A DNA stretch of 64,000 nucleotides, from NCBI GenBank assembly GCA_963817575.1, contig CAWFOY010000003.1, positions 1,680 through 65,679 on the forward strand, read 5' to 3'. Position 1 is the stretch's first letter; every line of letters starts with the position of its first letter. The notes beneath the pieces were generated by a model that had not been told where the DNA came from, did not search any database, and saw only the letters and a program-made list of their open reading frames with translations. A program made the translations under genes and the position numbers. This document shows positions 54,528 to 63,133 of the stretch, piece by piece. This DNA is from an uncultured Gemmatimonadales bacterium (GTDB lineage Bacteria > Gemmatimonadota > Gemmatimonadetes > Gemmatimonadales > GWC2-71-9).

Positions 54528-55589
54528 CTACACGAGGTGAATCGCGGTGGCCTTCATGCTCACGATGACCTCGGCGCCCTGCGCGATGCCCAGCGCATCA
54601 CAGGAGGCCGAAGTCACAGCAGCGGTCAGGAGGTGACCGGCGTCGAGATGAACATAGGTCAGCGGTCCCAGCCGTTCCACGTGCCGCACGACGGCGGCGA
54701 AGTGGTTGCGCGCCGAGGTCGGCTGCAGGTCGCGGCTCAGCAGCAGGTCCTCGGAACGGAGCACGGCGTGGGCCGGCCCCTCTCGCTCCGCGATGACCTC
54801 GAAGACGAGTGGCCCACTCGTGAACCGCGCGGCGAACGGCGTGCCGTCGCCCTCCGCCAGGCGCTCCACCGTCCCGCTCAGCACCGTGCCGGTCCCGATG
54901 AATCTGGCCACGAATGCGGAGTTGGGGTACCGGAACACCTCATCCGGCCGTCCCTGCTGGGCGATCCGTCCGTCTGCGAGCACCGCCACCAGGTCGCCTA
55001 GCCGCAGCGCCTCGTCGAAGTCATGGGTCACCTGCAGTGTGGTGATGTGCTCCCGCTCGTGCAACGCCCGCAGCTCACGCCGGAGCATGTGGCGCGTCGT
55101 CGGGTCCACTGCGGCGAACGGCTCGTCGAGGAGGAGGATGCTGGGCCGCGGGGCGAGCGCCCGCGCGAGTGCGACCCGCTGGGTCTCGCCTCCGCTCAGG
55201 CCGGAAATGCCCCGGTCGAGGAGGCTTGAAATCCCCAGCAGCTCGGCCAGCTCCGACACCCGCTGACGCTGGGCGTCAGGGCCGAGCGGCCCGCGGACGA
55301 GCCCATAGCGGATGTTCTCCCGCACGCTCAGCTGCGGGAAGAGGTAGTACCTCTGGTACACGAAGCCGATCCCCCGTCGCTCCGGAGGGAGATCGGTCAC
55401 GTCCTCGCCGTGGAGGCCGATCCTGCCGGCGCGGATCGGGTTGTGGCCCGCGACGGTCTCGAGCAAGGTGGTCTTGCCCGAACCAGTCGGGCCGATGATC
55501 AGCCCATATCCGCCGGTCGGCACCTCGAACGAGATGTCCCGCAGATCGAATTCCCCGACCCGAACCGCAAGTCCCTCGAGGCGGATCAT
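54528..55589 (-). CDS. ABC transporter ATP-binding protein with a C-terminal TOBE/Mop domain (molybdate/tungstate/sulfate type)
   Basis: From ATG 55589 (ATGA overlap with the permease stop): MIRLEGLAVRV..GPTGSGKTTLLE..LSGGETQRVALARAL..LLLDEPFAAVD... The C-terminal ..LTYVHLDAG..LTAAVTSASCDALGIAQGAEVIVSMKATAIHL is TOBE-like. Confidence 0.8.
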   Translation of the reverse strand: MIRLEGLAVRVGEFDLRDISFEVPTGGYGLIIGPTGSGKTTLLETVAGHNPIRAGRIGLHGEDVTDLPPERRGIGFVYQRYYLFPQLSVRENIRYGLVRGPLGPDAQRQRVSELAELLGISSLLDRGISGLSGGETQRVALARALAPRPSILLLDEPFAAVDPTTRHMLRRELRALHEREHITTLQVTHDFDEALRLGDLVAVLADGRIAQQGRPDEVFRYPNSAFVARFIGTGTVLSGTVERLAEGDGTPFAARFTSGPLVFEVIAEREGPAHAVLRSEDLLLSRDLQPTSARNHFAAVVRHVERLGPLTYVHLDAGHLLTAAVTSASCDALGIAQGAEVIVSMKATAIHLV

Positions 55590-56404
55590 CGCGGCTCCGC
55601 GGGCTGCAACCACCGCACTAGCCCGAAGACGGCAAGGGCGACCAGGAGCAGGACAAGCGCCGCCGGCACCGCGGCCGGCAGCCCCTGGGTGGTGAACCGG
55701 TCGTAGATCAGGATGCTCGCGACCTTCGGATTGTACGTGAGAATGACGATCGCGCCGAACTCGCTCACGCTGCGGGCCCAGGCCAGGATTGCGCCGGCCA
55801 GGATACCACGTCCCGCCAGGGGAAGGGTGATCCGGCGGAAGGCGAGCCAGGGGGTATCGCCGAGGGTGCGCGCGACCCGCTCGAGCCGCGGGTCCACTCC
55901 CGCGAACGCCTCGCGCGCGCCGCTCACCAGGAGGGGTGCGGAGACGAACAGCATCGCCGCGACGATCCCCGGGGCGTGGCTCACCACCTCGAGGCCGATG
56001 CTGGCCAGCGCCCCACCGACGGTCGAGCGCCGGCCGAGGAAGAGGAGCAATGCGATGCCGGCGACCGGATGAGGGATCACGACCGGCAGCTCGACGAGCG
56101 CCTGGATCAGGCGGCGTCCACGGAACCGGCGGCGGGCAAGGAGGTAGGCGAGCGGCAGTCCGAACACCGCCGCCAGCAGCGTCGCGACCGACGCGGCGGC
56201 AACGGTCAGGGCAATCGAGGCCTGCAGCTCCGGATCGCGAAACCCTTCCGCCAGGCTCCCCGGGGTGGCCAGGAACAGGAGGCGCAGCAGCGGTCCGACC
56301 ACGAACAGCACCAGCACGGCGCCGAGGGCGGCCAGACCGAGGCGCTGCCAGGGCAGGCGGGGGCCGTGACGCGGCACCGTTCCGGGACTAAGTTGCTCGG
56401 TCAT
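55586..56404 (-). CDS. ABC transporter permease (CysTW/ModB family)
   Basis: 272 aa with 6 TM segments and the EAA-like loop ..GAREAFAGVDPRLERVARTLG... Confidence 0.8.
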   Translation of the reverse strand: MTEQLSPGTVPRHGPRLPWQRLGLAALGAVLVLFVVGPLLRLLFLATPGSLAEGFRDPELQASIALTVAAASVATLLAAVFGLPLAYLLARRRFRGRRLIQALVELPVVIPHPVAGIALLLFLGRRSTVGGALASIGLEVVSHAPGIVAAMLFVSAPLLVSGAREAFAGVDPRLERVARTLGDTPWLAFRRITLPLAGRGILAGAILAWARSVSEFGAIVILTYNPKVASILIYDRFTTQGLPAAVPAALVLLLVALAVFGLVRWLQPAEPR

Positions 56405-56484
56405 CGCTCGCGCGTAGGGTATGCCTGTCCCGTGCGGGCGTCAACGTGCCGGCGCCGCCGGCCGCAACGGGGAGGGGGCGCGCC

Positions 56485-56985
56485 ATGCAGCTCGGCAAGG
56501 CGATTCAGGACGCGATGAATGACCAGATCCAGAAGGAGATGGCATCGGCCTATCTCTATCTCGCGCTGTCATCCTACCTCACTGCGTCGAATTACGATGG
56601 CGCCGCTTCGTGGATGCGCATCCAGGCACGCGAAGAGATCGGACACGCCCTCAAGTTCATCACCTTCGTGGAGGACCGTGGCGGGCGGGCATTGCTGAGG
56701 GGCATCGCCGAGCCCCCGGCGGAATTCCCGTCGTTGCTCGCGGCCTTCGAGGCAGCGGCCGAGCATGAGGCCATGGTCTCGGCCAGCATTCACCGGCTCT
56801 TCGAGCTTGCCGCGAAGGAAAAGGACTGGGCGGCCCAGGCCCTGCTCCAGTGGTTCATCACCGAGCAGGTCGAGGAGGAGAAGACCAGCAAGCGGATAGT
56901 AGACACCCTCCGCCTGATCGGAAACAACACCTCCGGGCTCTACATGTTCGACCGCGAGCTAGGCCGCCGGGGGCAGGAGGGCTGA
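56485..56985 (+). CDS. Ferritin (non-haem, Ftn-like)
   Basis: From ATG 56485: MQLGKAIQDAMNDQIQKEMASAYLYLALSSYL..QAREEIGHALKF..EHEAMVSASI..WFITEQVEEE. Ferroxidase-centre Glu/His residues are present. Confidence 0.85.
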   Translation: MQLGKAIQDAMNDQIQKEMASAYLYLALSSYLTASNYDGAASWMRIQAREEIGHALKFITFVEDRGGRALLRGIAEPPAEFPSLLAAFEAAAEHEAMVSASIHRLFELAAKEKDWAAQALLQWFITEQVEEEKTSKRIVDTLRLIGNNTSGLYMFDRELGRRGQEG

Positions 56986-57075
56986 CACAGGCTGTGGCGC
57001 GGCCGCCGCGATCCGGCGTGGCGGCCGTGCACGGATCGTCAGCCAAAAGGGACTATCTCCGCGTCGTTACGGTTC

Positions 57076-57104
57076 TTGCTGCTGCGCACACCGCTTGCTA
57101 CTAT
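57076..57104 (+). promoter_or_regulatory. Candidate sigma70-type promoter upstream of the S8 protease gene
   Basis: TTGCTG (57076..57081), a 17-nt spacer, then TACTAT (57099..57104). This would give a roughly 160-nt leader. Confidence 0.35.
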
Positions 57105-57269
57105 ATGCGTCGGCGGCTTCCGCCGCGCACTTCCCATCCGCAATCCCGAAGAAACCGGCAGTTCCGAATCACGGCGTTCCCCCGGACCACGCCACTGCGT
57201 GGCCCGTTCGTGTGTAGTGCTGGCGTTCAACCCTTCTTTCGCCGGTCTGGCTGGAAAGGAAGCACCGAG

Positions 57270-58589
57270 ATGGATGCACGCCGTTTCGCGCTGGTTGGAG
57301 TCGCGGTCGCCCTGGCGGCCTGCAGTGAGCCCGTGAGTGAGCCGTCGGATGCCGGTGATGCCGCGCCGGCCGTTTCGCTTTCCCAAGGGAGGTCGGGCAA
57401 CGATGAAGTGATGGCCGGCCAGGTGATCGTCGGCCTGCGCGACATGGCCCAGGCGGACGCGGTGGCCCGAGCCCACGGATTGGCGCTGGGTCAGCGTGGC
57501 CTGCGTGGCGACTGGTTAGTGATGCAGGGCGCCGCCGCGGGCACCGAGCGGGCCAAGGCTGCCGAGTTAGCGGCCGACAGCCGGGTGCGGTATGCGGAGC
57601 CGAATTACCTCCGCCAGCCCACGGCTATCAACCCGAACCTCTGGGCGTTTTACAATCCGGGTGGCCTCAACATGCGGTACACCAAGGGGCAGAGTTCGGG
57701 CCAGTTCATCCCGTCTTCCTATGCGTCGATCGCCGATGCGGACGAAGACAATGTCGAGGGATACGCGGCCGGCGGCGCCGACGTGGTCATCGGCAGCATC
57801 GACACCGGCGTGGACCTGTTCCATCCGGAGTTCACCGGCCGCCTCATCGCCGGCAAGGACTGGTACAACAACGACAACGATCCCGCTGACGACAACGGCC
57901 ATGGCAGCCACACCACGGGCACGATGGCCGGTTCGACGGTCGGCGTCGCCGGCGTCTCCGGTGCTGCCTCGCACGTGAAGGTCTACGTTCAGAAGGTCTG
58001 CGGGCGCCGCGGCTGCCCCACCTCGGCGATCGTGAGCGCCATCTATGCCGCCGCCGATCAGCCCGGCCTGGTCGCGATGAATCTGTCGCTGGGTGGCAGC
58101 AGCGAATCCCAGGCGGAGAAGGACGCGATCCTGTACGCCACCGGGAAGAACGTCCTCGTCATCGCCTCGGCGGGCAATAGCGGCAGTGGCACGGTGGCCT
58201 GTCCTGCATGCGACCCCAACGCCATCTCGGTCGCGGCGACGACCTGGAAAGACGAGAAGGCCTCCTACAGCCAGTACGGTCCGGGCCTGGATATCTCCGC
58301 CCCGGGTGGCACCTGCTACTCGAACACCACGCCGGAAGGCTGCATCTACAGCGCCTACAAGGGCGGCACCTACGCCTGGCTGCAGGGCACCTCGATGGCG
58401 GCACCGCAAGTGACCGGGACCGCGGCGATCGTGGCTTCCAAGACCGGCCTCCGCGGTGCGGCGCTGAGGTCTCGGCTGGAAAGCACGGCGGATGACAAGG
58501 GCGCGTCCGGTTACGACCCGACCTTCGGCAACGGGCGTCTCAACAGCTATCGGGCTGTAACGAATTCGACACTCCCTTCGCCCCAGTAA
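57270..58589 (+). CDS. S8 (subtilisin-family) serine protease lipoprotein with an inhibitor-I9-like propeptide
   Basis: From ATG 57270: MDARRFALVGVAVALAAC... The catalytic triad contexts are ..VIGSIDTGVD.., ..DNGHGSHTTGT.. and ..GTSMAAPQVTG... Confidence 0.88.
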   Translation: MDARRFALVGVAVALAACSEPVSEPSDAGDAAPAVSLSQGRSGNDEVMAGQVIVGLRDMAQADAVARAHGLALGQRGLRGDWLVMQGAAAGTERAKAAELAADSRVRYAEPNYLRQPTAINPNLWAFYNPGGLNMRYTKGQSSGQFIPSSYASIADADEDNVEGYAAGGADVVIGSIDTGVDLFHPEFTGRLIAGKDWYNNDNDPADDNGHGSHTTGTMAGSTVGVAGVSGAASHVKVYVQKVCGRRGCPTSAIVSAIYAAADQPGLVAMNLSLGGSSESQAEKDAILYATGKNVLVIASAGNSGSGTVACPACDPNAISVAATTWKDEKASYSQYGPGLDISAPGGTCYSNTTPEGCIYSAYKGGTYAWLQGTSMAAPQVTGTAAIVASKTGLRGAALRSRLESTADDKGASGYDPTFGNGRLNSYRAVTNSTLPSPQ

Positions 58590-58612
58590 CTCGGTGAATG
58601 TCACGGACTGAG

Positions 58613-58646
58613 ACGAGGCGGCCCTCATCGGCCGCCTCGTTCTTTT
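58613..58646 (+). terminator. Rho-independent terminator after the S8 protease gene
   Basis: ACGAGGCGGCC (58613..58623) and GGCCGCCTCGT (58630..58640) with loop CTCATC, followed by TCTTTT. Confidence 0.7.
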
Positions 58647-58700
58647 CCCCCTCTGCCGGTTCCCGTTGAGGTCGGCTGCCGCTACATTCGTTCCGACCTC

Positions 58701-59588
58701 ATGAACATCTCCTTCGTTGGACTCGGCGCCATCGGCGCCCCGATGGCCAGCCACATCGCGCGTGCACACTCCCTCACGGTGTGGAACCGGACCCGGAGTC
58801 GCGCGGAGGAGTTCGCGGCCACCAACCGCTGCACGGTCGCCAATACCCCCCGGGAGGCAGCGGCCAGCGCGGACGTCCTGATCACCTGTCTCCCGACCTC
58901 GGCCGAGGTGGCCGGCCTACTGGACGGGCCCGATGGGTTCCTTGCGGGCCTCCGGCCAGGCACCCTGTTTCTCGACTGCACCTCCGGCGATCCGGCCACC
59001 ACCCGGCGGATCGGCGCGACGCTGGCTGAAAAGGGCATCGAGTTCGCCGATGCGCCGGTGAGCGGCGGCACCAATGGCGCCATGGCCGGGACCCTGACGG
59101 TCATGGTCGGCGGCGCCGAGGAGACCTTCCTCAGGGCGCGTCCGATCCTCGAGTGCTTCGGCCGGCGGGTGGAGCACCTGGGCCCCCTCGGCGCGGGCCA
59201 CGCGATGAAGGCGGTCAACAACGCGCTGCTCGCGGTGAACGTGCTGGCGGTGGGCGAGGGACTGGTGGCACTGGTCAAGAGCGGGATCCCTGCCCGGAAG
59301 GCGGTCGAGGTACTCAACGCCTCGAGCGGGCGATCTTTCGTCAGCGAATACCTCGTGCCGCAGCGCGTGCTCACCCGGCTCTGGCCGCTCACCTTCAGGG
59401 TGGCCCTGCTCGACAAGGACGCGCGCATCGCCGCGGACTTTCTTGACGAGGCCGGCGTGTCCGGCCCCATTCTCCACCTGGCCTCGGCGCGGATGCATCA
59501 GGCCCGCCTGGCTCTGGGCGACGCCGCGGATTACCTGGAACCGATCCGGCTCATCGAGCAGGAAGCCGGGGTGGAGCTGCACGAGTGA
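58701..59588 (+). CDS. NAD(P)-dependent 3-hydroxyisobutyrate / beta-hydroxyacid dehydrogenase family oxidoreductase
   Basis: MNISFVGLGAIGAPMASHI.., ..DAPVSGG..GA.AGTLTVMVGG.. and ..GAGHAMKAVNN.. are present. Confidence 0.85.
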   Translation: MNISFVGLGAIGAPMASHIARAHSLTVWNRTRSRAEEFAATNRCTVANTPREAAASADVLITCLPTSAEVAGLLDGPDGFLAGLRPGTLFLDCTSGDPATTRRIGATLAEKGIEFADAPVSGGTNGAMAGTLTVMVGGAEETFLRARPILECFGRRVEHLGPLGAGHAMKAVNNALLAVNVLAVGEGLVALVKSGIPARKAVEVLNASSGRSFVSEYLVPQRVLTRLWPLTFRVALLDKDARIAADFLDEAGVSGPILHLASARMHQARLALGDAADYLEPIRLIEQEAGVELHE

Positions 59589-60079
59589 CAAGGACTCCGG
59601 CGGAAGACCCCACTTCCATCAATCCGTGGGGCTCCACGCGGCTGGCCGAAGCCGAGGTGCTGCTGGCCGGCGGAGTGGTGGTCCGGGGAGAAGTGCACAC
59701 GCAGGCCCTGTCGCCGCACCACGAGGGCCCCGAATCGGTCGAGGAATTCCTCAATCGCGACCAGCCGTTCTTTGCGCTCACCCAGGCGGATGGCGGCGTC
59801 CTGTTCGTGGCCAAGGCGCAGGCGGCGGTCGTCTCGTGCGCGCCCGAGGGCGATCTGATGGATCCCGCCCGCGCGTCGGCCGCCAAGCTCCTGCGGCTGG
59901 AGGTGACGCTCCGCGACGGCACCGAGATCGCCGGCTCCACGAGCGTGGAGCTGCCCCCGACCCGCGCCCGGGCGATCGACTTCCTGAATCTTCCCGAGCC
60001 CTTCTTCACTCTCTGGGACGAAGTGCGCACGCGCCACGTGAATCGGGCGTGGATCCGCATCGTTCGCCCGCTGGAATAG
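59585..60079 (+). CDS. Hypothetical protein with an internal two-fold repeat, translationally coupled between the dehydrogenase and the PilT-like ATPase
   Basis: 164 aa with a GTGA overlap. Its two modules end ..VEEFLNRDQPFFALTQADGGVLFVAKAQAAVV and ..AIDFLNLPEPFFTLWDEVRTRHVNRAWIRIVRPL. I do not recognise the family. Confidence 0.5.
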   Translation: MTRTPAEDPTSINPWGSTRLAEAEVLLAGGVVVRGEVHTQALSPHHEGPESVEEFLNRDQPFFALTQADGGVLFVAKAQAAVVSCAPEGDLMDPARASAAKLLRLEVTLRDGTEIAGSTSVELPPTRARAIDFLNLPEPFFTLWDEVRTRHVNRAWIRIVRPLE

Positions 60080-60085
60080 CACGCC

Positions 60086-61531
60086 GTGGCCCGACTCGAT
60101 CGTTTCATCCAGGTCCTGCACGAACACGCCGCGGACGGGCTGCAGCTCTCGGCCGGCAAGCCGGCCACGCTGCTCGTCCGCGGCACCCTTCGTCCGATCA
60201 TGAAGGAGGCGCTGACGGGACCCCAGGTCTTCGGCCTCGTGCAGGAGATCGCCCCGCCTGCCATGGCGCCCGTCCTCACGCCCAAGGCGGAGCTCACATT
60301 CTCCTACGTGTCGCCGAGCGGTGCGGTCGAGGTGGAGCTGCGGCCGGACTCGGGCGGGCCCGGCGCCACCATCCGACGGAAGGCAGGCGCCGTGACCGCC
60401 ACTCCGGCTGCCGTACCGGTGGCTCGTGACCTGTCCGAGGCGCGGGCCTCGCTCGAGCGGCTGCTGCGCGCGCTGGTCATCGCCGAAGGCTCGGACCTCC
60501 ACCTTCGCACGGGCCAGCCGCCGATCCACCGCATGAGCGGCACGCTGGTGCGGCTGGACGCGCCGGCCCTGGAGGCAGGCCCGCTCGAGGCGATGCTGCG
60601 GAGCGTGATGTTGGACGCCGACTTCGCCAAGTGGGCCGAGGAGGGCGACGCGGACTGGGCGTTCGAGATCGCCGGGGTGGCGAGATTCCGGTGCAATTCG
60701 GGTCGCGACCGCTTCGGCCCGATGGCAGTTTTCCGGGTCATTCCCTCGGAAGTTCTCACCTGCGAGCAGCTCGGCGTCACGAAGGAAGTGCAGGCGCTCT
60801 GCCACCTCACGAAGGGTCTTGTCGTGGTCACCGGTCCGACCGGATGCGGAAAATCCACCACACTGGCTGCGCTGGTGGATTTGATGAACCGGACCCGCAC
60901 TGACCACATCATCACGATCGAGGACCCGGTCGAATTCGTGCACGAGAGCAAGAAGTGTCTTGTGACCCAGCGCCAGGTCGGGCTCCATACCCGGTCCTTC
61001 AAGCAGGCGCTCCGCGCCGCCCTTCGCGAGGATCCGGACATCATCCTCGTTGGCGAGATGCGCGATCTGGAGACGGTTTCCATCGCCATCGAGACCGCGG
61101 AAACGGGCCACCTCGTATTTGGCACCCTCCACACCACCACCGCAGTCTCGACCATCGACCGCATCATCGATCAGTTCCCGACGGACCGGCAGGCGCAGGT
61201 CCGGGTGATGCTCTCGGAATCGCTTCGCGGGGTGATCGCCCAGGTGCTCTGTAAGAAGAAGGGTGGGGGACGGGTGGCGGCGCGCGAAGTCCTCCTGACG
61301 ATTCCGGCCGTTTCGAACCTGATCCGCGAGGGGAAGTCCTTCCAGATTCCCTCGATCATGCAGACCAACCGGAAGCTCGGGATGCTCACGCTGAACGACT
61401 CGCTCCTCGACCTGGTCGAACAGGGACTGATCGAAGCGAAGGAGGCCTACCTCAAGTCCTCCGACAAGACCGCCCTCGTCACGTCGCTCAAGGCCAAGCG
61501 CCTCGACACGAGCTTCCTCGGCGAGGGATGA
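60086..61531 (+). CDS. pilT: PilT-family type IV pilus retraction ATPase with an extra N-terminal PilT-N-like domain
   Basis: 481 aa. The core carries ..GSDLHLRTGQPPIHRMSG.., Walker A GPTGCGKSTT, ..IITIEDPVEF.., ..REDPDIILVGEMRD.., ..TGHLVFGTLHT... The first ~125 aa (..ADGLQLSAGKPATLLVRGTLRPI..) resemble a second, degenerate copy of the N-terminal domain. Confidence 0.85.
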   Translation: MARLDRFIQVLHEHAADGLQLSAGKPATLLVRGTLRPIMKEALTGPQVFGLVQEIAPPAMAPVLTPKAELTFSYVSPSGAVEVELRPDSGGPGATIRRKAGAVTATPAAVPVARDLSEARASLERLLRALVIAEGSDLHLRTGQPPIHRMSGTLVRLDAPALEAGPLEAMLRSVMLDADFAKWAEEGDADWAFEIAGVARFRCNSGRDRFGPMAVFRVIPSEVLTCEQLGVTKEVQALCHLTKGLVVVTGPTGCGKSTTLAALVDLMNRTRTDHIITIEDPVEFVHESKKCLVTQRQVGLHTRSFKQALRAALREDPDIILVGEMRDLETVSIAIETAETGHLVFGTLHTTTAVSTIDRIIDQFPTDRQAQVRVMLSESLRGVIAQVLCKKKGGGRVAAREVLLTIPAVSNLIREGKSFQIPSIMQTNRKLGMLTLNDSLLDLVEQGLIEAKEAYLKSSDKTALVTSLKAKRLDTSFLGEG

Positions 61532-62307
61532 CCCTGGCAACCGGGGCCGCCCCGCTCCTCGTTCTCGTCGCGCCGCAGGACATCGTGAACATCGCGAGCG
61601 CCGTCCGGCTCGCGAAGAACTTCGCACTTGGCGGGATCCGCCTGGTCCGGCCGGAGGTCTTCGATCCGTGGCGGATCGAGGGCATCGCGCACAACACCGC
61701 CGACGTGGTCGAGCGGATCGAGCTGTGCGACTCGCTGGACCAGGCCCTGCGTGACACCGTGTACAGCGTCGCGCTCACCGCCCGCGGGCGGGCGGCCAAG
61801 CGCACCGTGCTCGAACCGCGGGAAGCCGCCGGGCAGCTCCTGGCGCACGCCGAAGCGGGGCCGGTGGCGATGGTGTTCGGGCGGGAAGACAAGGGGCTCG
61901 CGAACGACGAGCTGGATTTCTGCCGTGCCCTGGTGTCCATCCCCACGAGCCCGGAGTACACGTCGCTCAACCTGGCGCAGGCCGTCGGCATCATGGCGTA
62001 CGAGACCTGGCGGGCACGCATCGGGGCCGACATTCCGGTGAAGCCGCCCCGCCGCCAGGCCGCGCCGGCGGAGGCCGATCAGCTCGAGTGGCTGTTCACC
62101 GACTGGAACAAGGCGCTCTGGGCCATCGATTTCTTCAAGACCCGCCGCCACGAACAGGTGATGCGGTCCTTCCGGGAAATTGTGTTTCGCGCGGGGCTCG
62201 ACGGCCGCGAGGCCTCGCTGCTTCGCGCGATGGGCATCGAGGTGCGCCGGTTTCTGGAGCGGAAGGGCGTCGTGGAAGGGAAGGACAAGGACGCGAGCGA
62301 ACCGTGA
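61528..62307 (+). CDS. SpoU/TrmH-class RNA 2'-O-methyltransferase (TrmJ-like)
   Basis: 259 aa with an ATGA overlap. ..VAMVFGREDKGLANDEL..ALVSIPTSPEYTSLNLAQAVGIMAYE.. is the SPOUT knot motif. Confidence 0.8.
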   Translation: MTLATGAAPLLVLVAPQDIVNIASAVRLAKNFALGGIRLVRPEVFDPWRIEGIAHNTADVVERIELCDSLDQALRDTVYSVALTARGRAAKRTVLEPREAAGQLLAHAEAGPVAMVFGREDKGLANDELDFCRALVSIPTSPEYTSLNLAQAVGIMAYETWRARIGADIPVKPPRRQAAPAEADQLEWLFTDWNKALWAIDFFKTRRHEQVMRSFREIVFRAGLDGREASLLRAMGIEVRRFLERKGVVEGKDKDASEP

Positions 62308-62503
62308 TACGGGCCGCCGTACCACGGTTCTGGCTCACCGTGCCGCTCGGAACCGTCCGCAGTCGCTGGCTCGCGGCCCGCTCGGTGGCGAGTTCGAATG
62401 GGAGACGAGGCGAGCCGGGCAGTGCCGCACAATTCCGGCGCCGCTTCCGCGAATCCCCGCCCTCTCCGTAGATTCCCGGAACCCTCTACCCCCGGAGCCT
62501 CGA

Positions 62504-62992
62504 TTGGGGCGATCCACCGCGTACTGGTCGGGCAACCGATACCTGAATCCCTCGGACGAGCCGCTCGCGCGCGCGCCGCTCAAGGACCTCCCCCCCGCCG
62601 TCGCCGCGCGCTTCCGCGCGGTCCGGGACGGGCTCAAGGCCATCCCCGGCGTGGTGGAGCACGTCAAGTTCCTGGGCGCGCAGTGGCGCTGGGCATGGGA
62701 ATTCACCTACGGAGCGCGGAAGCTGTGCTGGCTGCACGTCATGCAGGAGAGCGTCAGCTGCACCTTCACCGTCTCCGATTCCGAGGAGCGGAAGGCGACC
62801 GCCGCCGTGCGCATGCCGGCGCTGATCCTCCACGCCATCGAGCAAGCCCAGCGGACCGGCCCCGTCCGGTGGTGTTGGCTGGAGTTCAATGATCGTCGCG
62901 CCGCGGATGCGCTGATCAGCTTTGCGCGGAAAAAGGCGGAGTGGATGCGGCTCGAGGCGCCGGGTGGACAGCTGCGCCGCTCGATCGGGTGA
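62504..62992 (+). CDS. Hypothetical protein (DUF3788-like?)
   Basis: The coding-looking part is ..LKDLPPAVAARFRAVRDGLKAIPGVVEHVKFLGAQWRWAWEFTYGARKLCWLHVMQESVSCTFTV... The start is uncertain (TTG 62504 proposed). The track start at 62180 would overlap trmJ. Confidence 0.4.
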   Translation: MGRSTAYWSGNRYLNPSDEPLARAPLKDLPPAVAARFRAVRDGLKAIPGVVEHVKFLGAQWRWAWEFTYGARKLCWLHVMQESVSCTFTVSDSEERKATAAVRMPALILHAIEQAQRTGPVRWCWLEFNDRRAADALISFARKKAEWMRLEAPGGQLRRSIG

Positions 62993-63000
62993 CCCCAGGG

Positions 63001-63028
63001 TTGAGATTCATCGTCGCCCGGCTATAAT
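63001..63028 (+). promoter_or_regulatory. Candidate sigma70-type promoter upstream of the ACIII operon
   Basis: TTGAGA (63001..63006), a 16-nt spacer, then TATAAT (63023..63028). Confidence 0.4.
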
Positions 63029-63077
63029 TGTCGCGCGCGAACGGCGATCCGGTTCCCTCCCTGTGACTTGCGCTTTC

Positions 63078-63091
63078 GTGAATTAATTCAC
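63078..63091. promoter_or_regulatory. Perfect 14-bp palindrome resembling a CRP/FNR-family site
   Basis: GTGAATTAATTCAC. With flanks it reads cGTGA-N6-TCACa, against the CRP-type consensus TGTGA-N6-TCACA. It lies 43 nt upstream of the actA ATG. Confidence 0.4.
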
Positions 63092-63133
63092 AAGCGGACG
63101 GGATCAGTCTCCTCTCAGTGATGGTGACGGCTC

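Noticed and set aside
56405-56484. A molybdenum-cofactor (Moco) riboswitch upstream of the ModB-like permease.
   Set aside because: Only about 80 nt are available, shared with the divergent ferritin promoter. That is too short for the ~130-nt Moco motif, and I recognised no conserved motif elements.
57105-57269. A riboswitch or attenuator in the ~160-nt leader of the S8 protease gene (small hairpin CCACGC-cact-GCGTGG around 57190..57205).
   Set aside because: I recognised no known riboswitch core, there is only one short stem, and the promoter call itself is tentative. It is mentioned only as a long leader.
62390-62402. A tRNA-like T-loop sequence (GAGTTCGAATGGG) in the 196-nt gap after trmJ.
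   Set aside because: The flanking sequence cannot be folded into acceptor, D or anticodon arms, and the T-stem halves are not complementary. I found no tRNA anywhere in the window.
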